NCBI GenBank assembly: GCA_016839745.1
Contig: JAEOTS010000077.1
Span: 1-37,117, forward strand
DNA from: Promethearchaeota archaeon
GTDB lineage: Archaea; Asgardarchaeota; Lokiarchaeia; Sigyniarchaeales; SOKP01
Direction: 5' to 3'
Length of the DNA stretch: 37,117 nt
Positions within the stretch are counted from its first letter, which is position 1; each line of letters opens with the position of its first letter. Below are positions 1 through 9,034 of the stretch, one piece after another. The position numbers and the translations under genes are program-made. The notes under the pieces are model-generated. The model saw only the letters and a list, made by a program, of their open reading frames with translations, was not told the DNA's origin and did not search any database.

Positions 1-44
1 ATTAATTTGTAATAAAGAATTTAAGTAATTATTCAATAAATATA

Positions 45-905
45 ATGGCGATTCGGTTAATGGAATTCTTCACAACTTTATCATATTTTAATAAAAAAAT
101 TGGTCCTTTAGTATTTTATTCGTATCCATATAATGACTTAGAAAAATACGTGAAAGAAAGAATCGCAAACATAATGGATCAAGTTCTAACTGAAGAATTT
201 GTCACTTTCTCTTTTGACAAATACCATTCTTTAAACTACTATTTTGAAATCGACTCAGATTGGGCTCGAGGGTATAAAGAAACTCTGATGCTTTCAGTAA
301 TTTTTGACGACCATATTTCAATTGAGATGGAAAAGGCAATATTAACTATTTGTATTGAACTTTCCGATTGGTTAAAGTCAAAAAAAAATATTTTTACAGG
401 TTTCTATGAAACATATTCAACATATTATCAAGATAAAAAAAGTCGAAATATTATAGATGAAAATTCGTTAATTATCAAATCATGGGTAGAAGAGTTTTAT
501 AATGCAATTTTAGAAGCAGTTCAAGAAAAGGATGAGAAAGAAGATATTACTGCGTTCATAGAAAAGGAAAATATCTTGATGATTTTGAAATATTTATCGC
601 GTGGACCAATAACCATAGAACATCTTAAGGAGTGGTATATTAGGAAATATCCCGATGATAATTTTTATAAAATAATAAGAAATTTAATAACAGTCCAAAT
701 GATCGTCATCCCAAATGTTGGTAGAAGTAAAAATCCTCCTTTTAATGTGTATATTGCAGAAGATATTAAAGCAATAATTAGACTAATTAGTGTAAAGAAT
801 AGATTATTGAAAATGTTTATTAAAAATCATCAGAAAGAGAGTCCTGAAGCAATTGAAAAAAGAGCGAAGAATCTTCAAGAAATTATAGAAAATTCCCTCC
901 TCTAA
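45..905 (+). CDS. Hypothetical protein with N-terminal longin/uDENN-like domain and probable C-terminal winged helix
   Basis: 286-aa ORF; the N-terminal 'LSYFNKKIGPLVFYSYP' resembles the F-x-x-x-x-GP-x-V-x-x-x-x-P beta-hairpin of uDENN/NPRL2-type longins; 'ILKYLSRGPITIEHLKEWY...FYKIIRNLITVQMI' looks like a wHTH. Start may be the ATG at 60. Confidence 0.5.
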   Translation: MAIRLMEFFTTLSYFNKKIGPLVFYSYPYNDLEKYVKERIANIMDQVLTEEFVTFSFDKYHSLNYYFEIDSDWARGYKETLMLSVIFDDHISIEMEKAILTICIELSDWLKSKKNIFTGFYETYSTYYQDKKSRNIIDENSLIIKSWVEEFYNAILEAVQEKDEKEDITAFIEKENILMILKYLSRGPITIEHLKEWYIRKYPDDNFYKIIRNLITVQMIVIPNVGRSKNPPFNVYIAEDIKAIIRLISVKNRLLKMFIKNHQKESPEAIEKRAKNLQEIIENSLL

Positions 906-943
906 TTACGTTCTTGTTGAATCTAAGATAATTAATAAATAGT

Positions 944-1618
944 CTAATCTAGGTAGGGCGTTGCATCAACAATTTCTCCATTACTTTCTGCTATCTTTTT
1001 CCAATTCCGGTTATTCATTCTAATTAATAATTTTTGCAAGAATTTCACATTAAATACCTTGGGGAAAACATCAGGAACCAAATCTCCCACTTCAAGATTA
1101 GAGGATAATTTTACAGCGATTAAATCTAAGAGATTTTTCATTTTATTCGCCATTTTACCAATATCATCTAAATTTTTTCCGTGTCTTCCTTGAAATATCT
1201 CACCACCCCCTATGGCGACGCTTCCAGCCCATTTAAACCCTACAGTCTTGGCAAATTTATGGTAGATGGGTATAGCAACTGCTATTATATGCTCTGATTC
1301 AAAAAAACCGCAATTGATTATTGGAATAAACCGTTTGGCATTTAAATTCATTTTTTTTTCAGCAATAAGTTCCATTAATTTAACTACAATATAGGGTTGA
1401 GAATCATCGTACAAGGGTGCCGTGAGAATAATAATATCAGAATTATTTATGTCCTCTAGTAATCGAGCTATTTTTTCATCTTCACTAAGCTCGTTTTTTA
1501 TAATAATGCTTTTGGTTTCAAGCCGCTTTTCTTTTAATAGCTCTAGTAAGTACATACCAATACTATTTGATGTGCTCCTTTTTCCTCTAGGACTACCTAC
1601 TAATAATAGAGCTTTCAA
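944..1618 (-). CDS. Flavodoxin-fold NAD(P)H-dependent FMN reductase-like protein
   Basis: 'LLLVGSPRGKRSTS' FMN phosphate loop and 'IILTAPLYDDS'; TTG start overlaps the upstream gene's stop (TTGA). Confidence 0.8.
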   Translation of the reverse strand: MKALLLVGSPRGKRSTSNSIGMYLLELLKEKRLETKSIIIKNELSEDEKIARLLEDINNSDIIILTAPLYDDSQPYIVVKLMELIAEKKMNLNAKRFIPIINCGFFESEHIIAVAIPIYHKFAKTVGFKWAGSVAIGGGEIFQGRHGKNLDDIGKMANKMKNLLDLIAVKLSSNLEVGDLVPDVFPKVFNVKFLQKLLIRMNNRNWKKIAESNGEIVDATPYLD

Positions 1619-2208
1619 TATTTTAGCACCTCCATCTCATCTATAACTTTAGTAAGCTCTTGCTGGATTTTAGCTTCGTCATCACCATCTTGAAACACTA
1701 AAGCCCAATATTTTGGTGGGAAAAAATTAAGACTATTTCTATGAACAAGTGTCTTAAATAGCTCTTCACTTTCTTGATCTTGTTGTTCGATAACTCCTAT
1801 TGCTAAGAATGAAGGATATCGATCATATCTTTTTAAGTGGTGTGATTCTCCATTTATGATCTGCATTCCTGGCTGTAGAATACCAAGTAACCGTTCAAAA
1901 ATTTTCTTTATTTCCGATGAATATCCTCCAAAAGTAATGGGAGTAAGAAAAACCAGTAAATCACTATTAATTACTTTTTTTTTAATTTCTTCGCCTTTAT
2001 CACCCTTAACTCCGGAACATATGCCTGGAGTAGTATCCCAACATCTAAAACAACCAATACAACTCTTTATTTCAATTTGATGTAAAATATAGGATTCGAT
2101 ATTCATACCGATTGCTTCAAATTTGTGTTCTAGTATAACTTGGATGGGATAAAGACTAGATTGATTACTTAAACTTCCATTAAATATAATAACACTCATT
2201 CTAATCAC
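1615..2208 (-). CDS. Iron-sulfur flavoprotein (Isf)/flavodoxin family protein
   Basis: 'IIFNGS', Cys motif 'CIGCFRCWDTTPGIC', 'LVFLTPITFGGYSSEIK'; likely start is the ATG at 2199. Confidence 0.8.
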   Translation of the reverse strand: MIRMSVIIFNGSLSNQSSLYPIQVILEHKFEAIGMNIESYILHQIEIKSCIGCFRCWDTTPGICSGVKGDKGEEIKKKVINSDLLVFLTPITFGGYSSEIKKIFERLLGILQPGMQIINGESHHLKRYDRYPSFLAIGVIEQQDQESEELFKTLVHRNSLNFFPPKYWALVFQDGDDEAKIQQELTKVIDEMEVLKY

Positions 2209-2332
2209 TTCATAATATGTTTTGTTCTACTTAACTTTAATTTATGACCATTATATATTATACAGAATAGCGTTAAATAATATCTACAAATTAAAATATT
2301 AATTAAATTCTTTCAATTCATGGGGATAAAAT

Positions 2333-3427
2333 TTGTTTAAAGTACAACCACTTCTAAAGGAAATAACGATAGGGGATTTAACTCTAAAAAATAGGATAGT
2401 TATGGCTCCTATGACTCGAAATAGGGCTAATAATCCAGAAAGTCGTCCCACTGAGCTTCAAGCTAAATATTATGGACAGAGATCTTCAGCAGGGTTGATT
2501 ATCACTTGTGGGTCCCAAGTCTCGAAAGATGCTGTTGGATATATTAACACTCCCGGTATCTATTCAGAGCCCCAAGTCGAAGGATGGAAGTTAGTAACCG
2601 ACGCGGTCCATAAACGGGAAGGAAAAATATTTATCCAATTGTGGCATGTGGGAAGAATGTCGCATCCAGATTTACACAATGGCGAACTGCCACTGGCTCC
2701 ATCTGCAATAAATCCTAAATCGAAATCGTTCACTTTCGAAGGATTTAAAGATACCGTGACTCCTAAGGCGATGACTAACGATGATATCAAACAGACAATT
2801 CAGGATTTCAAGAATGCTGCTAGTAATGCTATGAAAGCGGGATTTGACGGCGTTGAGATTCATTCCTCAAATGGGTATTTATTCCATCAATTTTTCTCGA
2901 GATGTTCTAACAATAGAACGGATGAGTATGGAGGTTCAATCGAAAATCGAGCCAGATTTCTATTCGAGGTCATCGATGCGATGAAGGAAGTAATGCCAGA
3001 GAATCGTATTGGAGCGAGGCTAAACCCCTCGTTTCACGATATATTTGGAATTACAGTTGACGAAGAGACTATTCCGACATTCGAATATATAGTAGAAAAA
3101 CTGAACAATTACAACTTAGCTTATTTACATCTTTCCGAACCATTCACAAATGTAACTAATGTGCCCTTTGCCGAACCTAATATCGCGAAACATTTTAGAC
3201 CGTTATATAAAGGCTGTCTAATGATAAACAGCGAATTTACTCAAGAAAAAGGAAACAGAGTTCTGCAAGAGAATCTAACCGATCTCGTGGCGTTTGGGAA
3301 ACTTTTTATTTCTAATCCAGATCTCCCAAAAAGATTTGAGCTTAACGGAGAAATAGCGCGATGGGATAAACATACTTTTTACACTCCTGGTGAGAAGGGT
3401 TATTCTGATTATCCCTCATTACCTTGA
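2333..3427 (+). CDS. nemA: Old Yellow Enzyme family alkene reductase (NemA-like)
   Basis: 'KNRIVMAPMTR', 'QLWHVGR', catalytic 'EIHSSNGYL', 'RTDEYGGSIENRARF', C-terminal 'TFY...GYSDYP'; TTG start after GGGGA. Confidence 0.93.
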   Translation: MFKVQPLLKEITIGDLTLKNRIVMAPMTRNRANNPESRPTELQAKYYGQRSSAGLIITCGSQVSKDAVGYINTPGIYSEPQVEGWKLVTDAVHKREGKIFIQLWHVGRMSHPDLHNGELPLAPSAINPKSKSFTFEGFKDTVTPKAMTNDDIKQTIQDFKNAASNAMKAGFDGVEIHSSNGYLFHQFFSRCSNNRTDEYGGSIENRARFLFEVIDAMKEVMPENRIGARLNPSFHDIFGITVDEETIPTFEYIVEKLNNYNLAYLHLSEPFTNVTNVPFAEPNIAKHFRPLYKGCLMINSEFTQEKGNRVLQENLTDLVAFGKLFISNPDLPKRFELNGEIARWDKHTFYTPGEKGYSDYPSLP

Positions 3428-3462
3428 AAAAGTAAGAACCTATTTTTTCACCTATTCGTCCA

Positions 3463-3684
3463 TCAAGGTCTTAGATAAGAATTAAAGTAACTATATCTAT
3501 TTTTTTTGTAAGGTTTTTCAGGTGCATTAAAGAAGCATTTAGGGCATAAAATTGTCAATATTTTGTCATTCCAGATAAGGAGGGCTCGTTCTTTGGTATA
3601 CTGAGGGTGATTCGTCAAAAACTCATCGAACGAGATGCTTTTTTTACAGTCAGCACAATTACGTTCCGCAGAAATAAGAGCCAT
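3463..3684 (-). CDS. Small zinc-finger-like protein
   Basis: 73 aa with two CxxC pairs (CADC, CPKC); ATG start; fills an intergenic gap. Confidence 0.65.
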   Translation of the reverse strand: MALISAERNCADCKKSISFDEFLTNHPQYTKERALLIWNDKILTILCPKCFFNAPEKPYKKNRYSYFNSYLRP

Positions 3685-3847
3685 ACTTGTAGTTCTTAAA
3701 CGAACTATATTAAAAATATATGAGTATTAACTAAGTAATTTATTACGATTTCGTTCATTTGAGGAATTACCTGGTCTTATAAAACGATAGACTTAGAAAT
3801 TTCTATTTTTTTTCAGGAATGAGTAATTTGTTCACATGAAAGAGCAA

Positions 3848-4378
3848 TTAATTTCTACTTCTTGATTCGATAATTCTATGAGTGAGTTCAGTAAAGGCAT
3901 CATCTACATTGATCCCTGTTTTAGTTGAAGTTTCTATGTAAATTCCGCCTTCCTTTTCAGCAAAAGCTCGTGCTTCTTCTCGATCAATAACTTCTCCTAC
4001 ATCTTCGAGTAAATCTACTTTATTACCTATCAATACAAAAGGGATGTTCTCATTGCTAAATTGACGGATTTCTGTAAGCCACTTCCTTATTTCAATGTAG
4101 CTTTGCTCCCTTGTTAAGTCAAAGACCAACAAAGCGCCAGCAGCTCCCTTGTAAAATGTCGATCGGATGAACTCGAACCTCTGTTGACCACCAATATCCC
4201 ATATGCTCAAAGTTGCTACTTCGCCCGGCTTAAACTCTACATCTTTTGTTAATATGTCAACTCCAACTGTTAACTTATAGTTCGCTGCAAATCGGTTTTT
4301 GATAAACCTCTGAACAAGTTTCGTTTTTTCAACAGCGGCAGCTCCAGTAAGTAAAACTTTTAACTTAAAACTCGACAT
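3848..4378 (-). CDS. Rab-like small GTPase (Ras superfamily) with altered P-loop
   Basis: G2 'TVGVD', G3 'WDIGGQQRF', 'FYKGA', G4 'GNKVD', G5 'ETSTK'; G1 reads GAAAVEKT instead of GxxxxGKT; no C-terminal Cys prenylation motif. Confidence 0.92.
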   Translation of the reverse strand: MSSFKLKVLLTGAAAVEKTKLVQRFIKNRFAANYKLTVGVDILTKDVEFKPGEVATLSIWDIGGQQRFEFIRSTFYKGAAGALLVFDLTREQSYIEIRKWLTEIRQFSNENIPFVLIGNKVDLLEDVGEVIDREEARAFAEKEGGIYIETSTKTGINVDDAFTELTHRIIESRSRN

Positions 4379-4499
4379 TTTTAACGATTACAAAACCCAA
4401 GTACTAATAAGAAAATCCAATCTTATAAATGGTTTACATAGATTTTTATTATTAATTTTGCGAAAATATTCAAAAATTTATAATCCGAATTTTAATTAT

Positions 4500-5381
4500 T
4501 TATTCCATAGGCCATTCGAGTAAGGATATTATTAGATTTTTGTGAGATAGCCCTCCTTTCGTAAGATTTCCGATAAAATTCTCTCGTGTATACATTTTTT
4601 TTAAGATATACCTTAAAATTTGCTTATCTAGTAGTCCATTTTCCTTAGCTTCAGATTGAAATCTATGAGCTTTCCGATGCAGTGAATTAATCTCTTCCAT
4701 TCTATCTTTTAAAAACGATCTGCCTTTAAAAACTCCCTTCCCGGAGGTAAATAGAAGCAAATCCTCCATTCCATTTGTGAAGTCGTACAATTTTTTAATT
4801 GATTGAAATATAAGGGAGATATCTTCGGGAATGTCTGTATCTTTACCAAATATCATTTGATATTTTGGCATTACTGCGTCGGTGATAAATGCCCACTGTT
4901 GTTTTCGTTCAACTAAACTAATTTGTTCAAGAGCATGTCCAGGTGTTTCTACTATATCAAAAATATATTTACCAGATTTAGAACTAATTAAATTTTTTAT
5001 TACTATAGCTTGAAACGGTTGGTAATTTATGCCCCAGGTCATTTGTCGATAATCGGGATATTCTTTTTCTTCCATTAATAGTGGAATAGCCAGTTTACTA
5101 GCGAAAACAGGAATATTAAATTCTTCTTGAAGCATGCGACCCCCGCCACAGTGATCTTCGTGGTTATGTGTTATTATACACTTTTCAATCCTTTTTTTGG
5201 AATCAAGAGATTTGACAAATTCTCGTAAATCCTCTACCCCTCCTGGAGCACCTGCGTCAATTAGCAACCCGTCAATTAAAAATATTGAAGTCCAAAAGGG
5301 TTGTGGCATTAATCTGTTGTCTGAAGACCATTTCCATTCTAATATCTCATTATTACAGTGATATACCTTTTGAACTACCAT
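4500..5381 (-). CDS. Metallo-beta-lactamase-fold hydrolase
   Basis: 'LLIDAG', HxHxDH 'THNHEDHCGG', 'TPGH'. Confidence 0.88.
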   Translation of the reverse strand: MVVQKVYHCNNEILEWKWSSDNRLMPQPFWTSIFLIDGLLIDAGAPGGVEDLREFVKSLDSKKRIEKCIITHNHEDHCGGGRMLQEEFNIPVFASKLAIPLLMEEKEYPDYRQMTWGINYQPFQAIVIKNLISSKSGKYIFDIVETPGHALEQISLVERKQQWAFITDAVMPKYQMIFGKDTDIPEDISLIFQSIKKLYDFTNGMEDLLLFTSGKGVFKGRSFLKDRMEEINSLHRKAHRFQSEAKENGLLDKQILRYILKKMYTRENFIGNLTKGGLSHKNLIISLLEWPME

Positions 5382-5489
5382 ATAACTATCATCTGCTTTT
5401 ATGTTATAATTCTACTATAAGTAATTTAATTAAGAGACACCCTAAAAATAAAAAATAAAAAAATTTTTTATATTGGTATATAACTCGTT

Positions 5490-5882
5490 TTATTTACTCT
5501 TAAATCCTACGTACATCAAACCTAACCAACCAAAGGTGAAAGCAAAACCGCCGATAGGAGTTAGAAATTCTATCTCCTGAATTCCGGTAAAAACGATAAA
5601 ATACAAGCTCCCGCTGAAAAGGATTATACCAATTAAAAATAGCCAACCTGAAATATCTACCATTTTTAACTCTATGGTGCGTGCTAAGAGAGCCACAATA
5701 ACTAAAGCAAACGCGTGATACATCTGATACCGTACAGCTTTTTGAAAGGTTATAAGAAGAGCAGAATCAGGATGACCCACGTCAATTAAATGTGCACCAT
5801 AAGCTCCCGCCAGAACAGCAAAAGCGCCGTTAAAAGCGCCAATGATTAACCATAAATTTTTTCTATCCATTTTGATGACCAA
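5490..5882 (-). CDS. DUF423 (YgdD/TMEM256) family membrane protein
   Basis: 'GAYGAH', 'AVRYQMYHA', 'GIILFSGSLY', 'TPIGG'. Confidence 0.9.
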   Translation of the reverse strand: MVIKMDRKNLWLIIGAFNGAFAVLAGAYGAHLIDVGHPDSALLITFQKAVRYQMYHAFALVIVALLARTIELKMVDISGWLFLIGIILFSGSLYFIVFTGIQEIEFLTPIGGFAFTFGWLGLMYVGFKSK

Positions 5883-5941
5883 AAATTAGTTGTATATTAT
5901 ATAGGAATATTTTTTTTAGATTTTAATAATATCTTATTATA

Positions 5942-6565
5942 TTATAATACTAGATCTTTTTCAAGAGCTTTGGTTATAACTTTCTCAAAGACCTCGTAAG
6001 GTTGAGCTCCAACTACTATCCTATCACCAATTATAAATGTTGGTACACCATTTATCCCGTACTTCCTTAATTCTTTGAGTGATTTCTTTAACTCATTAAA
6101 TGGTTCTTCGCTATCAATATATTCAAGAATTTCCTTCCTCTTAAAACCGAGTGAATCCGCTAAACTCAATAACAAAGTTTGGTCGCCAATATCCGTTCCA
6201 TCTTTCCAATAAGAATCGAACACTAACTTGTGAAACTCGTCAAATTTTCCCATTTTTCTCGCAAATTCCGAAAGATATAATGCCATCCGAGAGTTTGGTA
6301 GCTTATCCGTGAGCTTAAATGAAACGCCAACATCATCAGCAAGTTTTTTTATGTTTGCTTTCATCATTTCTAAATATTCTTTGGGAAAGGGTAAATTCAC
6401 CAATTCAGTGCCTTCTTTTGGTGTTTCAGGATGGATTTCAAAAGGTCGCCACTCAACATCAAGATTATAATTTTTTTTAAGCTGCTCTACGCGATAAAAT
6501 CCGATGTAACAAAACGGACAAATATAATCTGAGAATACTAACATTTTTAACTTTTTTTGACTCAT
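5942..6565 (-). CDS. DsbA/FrnE-family thiol-disulfide oxidoreductase
   Basis: 'FSDYICPFCYIG', cis-Pro motif 'GVPTF', 'GAQPYE'. Confidence 0.92.
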   Translation of the reverse strand: MSQKKLKMLVFSDYICPFCYIGFYRVEQLKKNYNLDVEWRPFEIHPETPKEGTELVNLPFPKEYLEMMKANIKKLADDVGVSFKLTDKLPNSRMALYLSEFARKMGKFDEFHKLVFDSYWKDGTDIGDQTLLLSLADSLGFKRKEILEYIDSEEPFNELKKSLKELRKYGINGVPTFIIGDRIVVGAQPYEVFEKVITKALEKDLVL

Positions 6566-6696
6566 AGTTCACGATTTAGAAGAGAAACCAAGCTTTTATA
6601 ATTTATCGAATTAAAAAATAGGAAATGTATGCAATAAGTCTATCGGAAAAAAACCTGTTCACAAATTGACTTACATTTTAAAAAATCAAGTAAAAG

Positions 6697-6704
6697 TTTA
6701 TATA
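6697..6704 (+). promoter_or_regulatory. Putative archaeal TATA box for the leader ORF/FrhB-TrmB transcript
   Basis: TTTATATA preceded by purine-rich TAAAAG (BRE-like), ~27 nt before the ATG at 6731. Confidence 0.55.
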
Positions 6705-6730
6705 GCCTAATTTGATATTATCTTATAACA

Positions 6731-6817
6731 ATGATCTCAAGTAATACTGCTAAAAGAATACTGGTAAGGGTATTGATATCCTTAAGTATTATTATCTTAG
6801 CAGTATTAATTATATAA
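6731..6817 (+). CDS. Putative 28-aa leader peptide/uORF (MISSNTAKRILVRVLISLSIIILAVLII)
   Basis: Read directly from sequence (below the ORF-track cutoff); 16 of 28 residues are Ile/Leu/Val; ATG sits at the expected transcription start downstream of the TATA box. Confidence 0.5.
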   Translation: MISSNTAKRILVRVLISLSIIILAVLII

Positions 6818-6872
6818 GCGAAACAATTCCGCTTGATCTTTTTTTGTATTTTTTTCGCGGTTTTGTTCGCTT
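6742..6872 (+). promoter_or_regulatory. Two long stem-loops in the 5' leader of the FrhB-TrmB gene
   Basis: Hairpin 1: TAATACTGCTAA (6742-6753)/TTAGCAGTATTA (6797-6808) with inner AATACT/AGTATT and TAAGGGTA/TATCCTTA. Hairpin 2: AAGCGAAACAA..CCGC (6816-6832)/GCGG..TTGTTCGCTT (6857-6872) with T-tracts in the loop and after it. Confidence 0.7.
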
Positions 6873-6969
6873 GAAAAAATTTTTTTTTGAAAAGGTCATT
6901 GGTGGGTTCGCTGCGCTTAAAGCTTGGGTAGATTGAAAATCACGAGAAATAGAAACGGAGAAAATTAAA

Positions 6970-8394
6970 ATGGAAATGAAAAATCAAGTGAAAAATTACC
7001 TACAAACTAACGATCTTGATATCGGATTTCAAGATTTAAATGACTTAGTAATAAATAAGCAAAATTGTGTTTTTTGTGGGTCTTGTATCTCACTATGCCC
7101 GCGAATTGGGATGAACGAAAAGAAACCAAAGCTATTAGAGTATGATCCGGAATGCTCCACTTGTTTTAGGTATTGTCCAAGAACGTACTTTCCAACAGAA
7201 ATGTTTGAAAAAGAATTATTTAATGGTGATGCGAATAAAAGCTATTCAATAGGGCACTATCAAAGGTTAGTTGCTGCAAAAAGTAACGACGAAACTATAT
7301 TGAAGAGAGCTCAGAATGGAGGTGTTGTTTCTTCATTATTAATTCACGCTCTTGATTCAGGATTAATAGACGGAGTTTTACTTACAGATAAAGATGATAA
7401 TTGGTACCCAAAACCAGTAATTGCGAGGAGTTCTGACGAAATATTATCATCTGTTGGTTCCAAATATACGATTTCACCAACATTAATTACTTATAGTGAA
7501 GCTATTAGGGAGTTCAAATTAGAAAAATTAGCATTTGTTGGTGTCCCTTGCCAAATCCATGCTGTAAGAAAATTACAATTATCATCCCCCCTCTCAGACG
7601 AATATGGAAAGTTTAAATTAATTATAGGACTTTACTGTTTCTCAAACTATACCTATGATCTATTAAAAACCTTTGTTCAAGGAGAACTTGGAATACCGTT
7701 AAGTATTGTAAAGAAATTCGATATTTCAAACGGAGAGTTTTATGTGTATTTGAAGGATGATTCGGTTAAACAAGTTCCAATAAAATTGACGAAACAATAC
7801 GCTTGGAATAGCTGTCAATATTGCAAAGACTTTAGTGCTGAATTAGCTGATATATCTATTGGAAGCGTGGGAGCTTTAAGCAATGAGTGGAATAGTGTTT
7901 TATTGCGTACCGATCTTGGAGTAAAAACCTTCAATAGTGCCGTTGAAACTAACAAAATAATTATCTCCGATAAGGTCGATCTATTTAAAATTGAGAAAAC
8001 TGCGTTTAGAAAGAAAACTCGGATCACCCAAATTAATAAAAAGACATTAAACACCATGAGATTGTTAGATATTTCTGAATTCGAAATTAAAACATATACA
8101 ACCCTAATGTCGTTAGGACAAGCAAGTGAATCGTTATTAAGTGAAATTATGAAAGTAGAAGAAAAATTGGTTTTGAGTGTTCTAGAAAGCCTAAAAAAAC
8201 GCGAGTGGGTGATACTAACTAATGGAATGTACAACTGTGTTGACCCATCTTTAGTAATTCGTAACGAGATTAATAATCTTAGGAAAATATTCTTGGAGAA
8301 AATTGGTAAACTCAATAAAGAAGTACTCCCAAATTTAGAAGCAATATTTGTACGAAATAATATTAATCAATTACGGCATAAAAATGAGTTATAA
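6970..8394 (+). CDS. Coenzyme F420 hydrogenase/dehydrogenase beta subunit (FrhB/FdhB family) fused to a C-terminal TrmB-like HTH domain
   Basis: Ferredoxin motifs 'CVFCGSCISLCP' and 'CSTCFRYCP'; FrhB motifs 'AQNGGVVSSLL', 'GSKY', 'VGVPCQ', 'IGLYC', 'CQYCKDFSAELADISIGSVG'; C-terminal 'ISEFEIKTYTTLMSLG...VLSVLESLKKREWV' matches the TrmB wHTH pattern. Confidence 0.85.
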   Translation: MEMKNQVKNYLQTNDLDIGFQDLNDLVINKQNCVFCGSCISLCPRIGMNEKKPKLLEYDPECSTCFRYCPRTYFPTEMFEKELFNGDANKSYSIGHYQRLVAAKSNDETILKRAQNGGVVSSLLIHALDSGLIDGVLLTDKDDNWYPKPVIARSSDEILSSVGSKYTISPTLITYSEAIREFKLEKLAFVGVPCQIHAVRKLQLSSPLSDEYGKFKLIIGLYCFSNYTYDLLKTFVQGELGIPLSIVKKFDISNGEFYVYLKDDSVKQVPIKLTKQYAWNSCQYCKDFSAELADISIGSVGALSNEWNSVLLRTDLGVKTFNSAVETNKIIISDKVDLFKIEKTAFRKKTRITQINKKTLNTMRLLDISEFEIKTYTTLMSLGQASESLLSEIMKVEEKLVLSVLESLKKREWVILTNGMYNCVDPSLVIRNEINNLRKIFLEKIGKLNKEVLPNLEAIFVRNNINQLRHKNEL

Positions 8395-8554
8395 TCAGCA
8401 TTTTCTATAATTTTTCTAAAAAAAAAAAAAATCTTCTCTACATTCTTGTAGAAATTTATTTATAATTAGATATCTTAATTATTTTCATAATCTCTACTAA
8501 GATTGTCACACTAATCGTTTGAAATCCAATATTAGATTAAAATTTAGGTGAAAA

Positions 8555-9034
8555 ATGATTATGGATTTGTCTAAAACTTTCAGAATTGTTGTAGGAGTAT
8601 TGCTACTTTTAAGCAGTTTGACGATATTAGCTCTATTATTTCTAGAACCCGATTCCTTGGCCATAATTCTTAACTTTTCAATAGATATCACCGCCAGCAA
8701 TTTAGGTGAGGCAATCGCTGGAGCAGTCGCTGGTATTCTTGCTGGATTTGCGTTTTTAATTGGAATGTTTATTGTGGGAACATTTAATGTAATCTTTTAT
8801 TTGATAATCGGTTCAATTAGGTTAGCTCTCAAAAGAAGCAAAACAATGTCAATATTTGTTATAATAGTGACTTCATTCGCTCTTTTTCTAGAAACTAGAG
8901 CTTTAATATTGTTAACAATAGCAGGGTTCACAAGTATACTTTTAACTTTGTTTGTAATAGGAGATATTGTTATTATAGCCTTTTCAATTTATTTACTGAT
9001 CCAAATCTTTAGGACTCCTGAAATCGATTCATAA
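8555..9034 (+). CDS. Hypothetical integral membrane protein (~4-5 TM)
   Basis: 159-aa hydrophobic ORF with a GGTGA RBS-like motif upstream. Confidence 0.7.
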   Translation: MIMDLSKTFRIVVGVLLLLSSLTILALLFLEPDSLAIILNFSIDITASNLGEAIAGAVAGILAGFAFLIGMFIVGTFNVIFYLIIGSIRLALKRSKTMSIFVIIVTSFALFLETRALILLTIAGFTSILLTLFVIGDIVIIAFSIYLLIQIFRTPEIDS

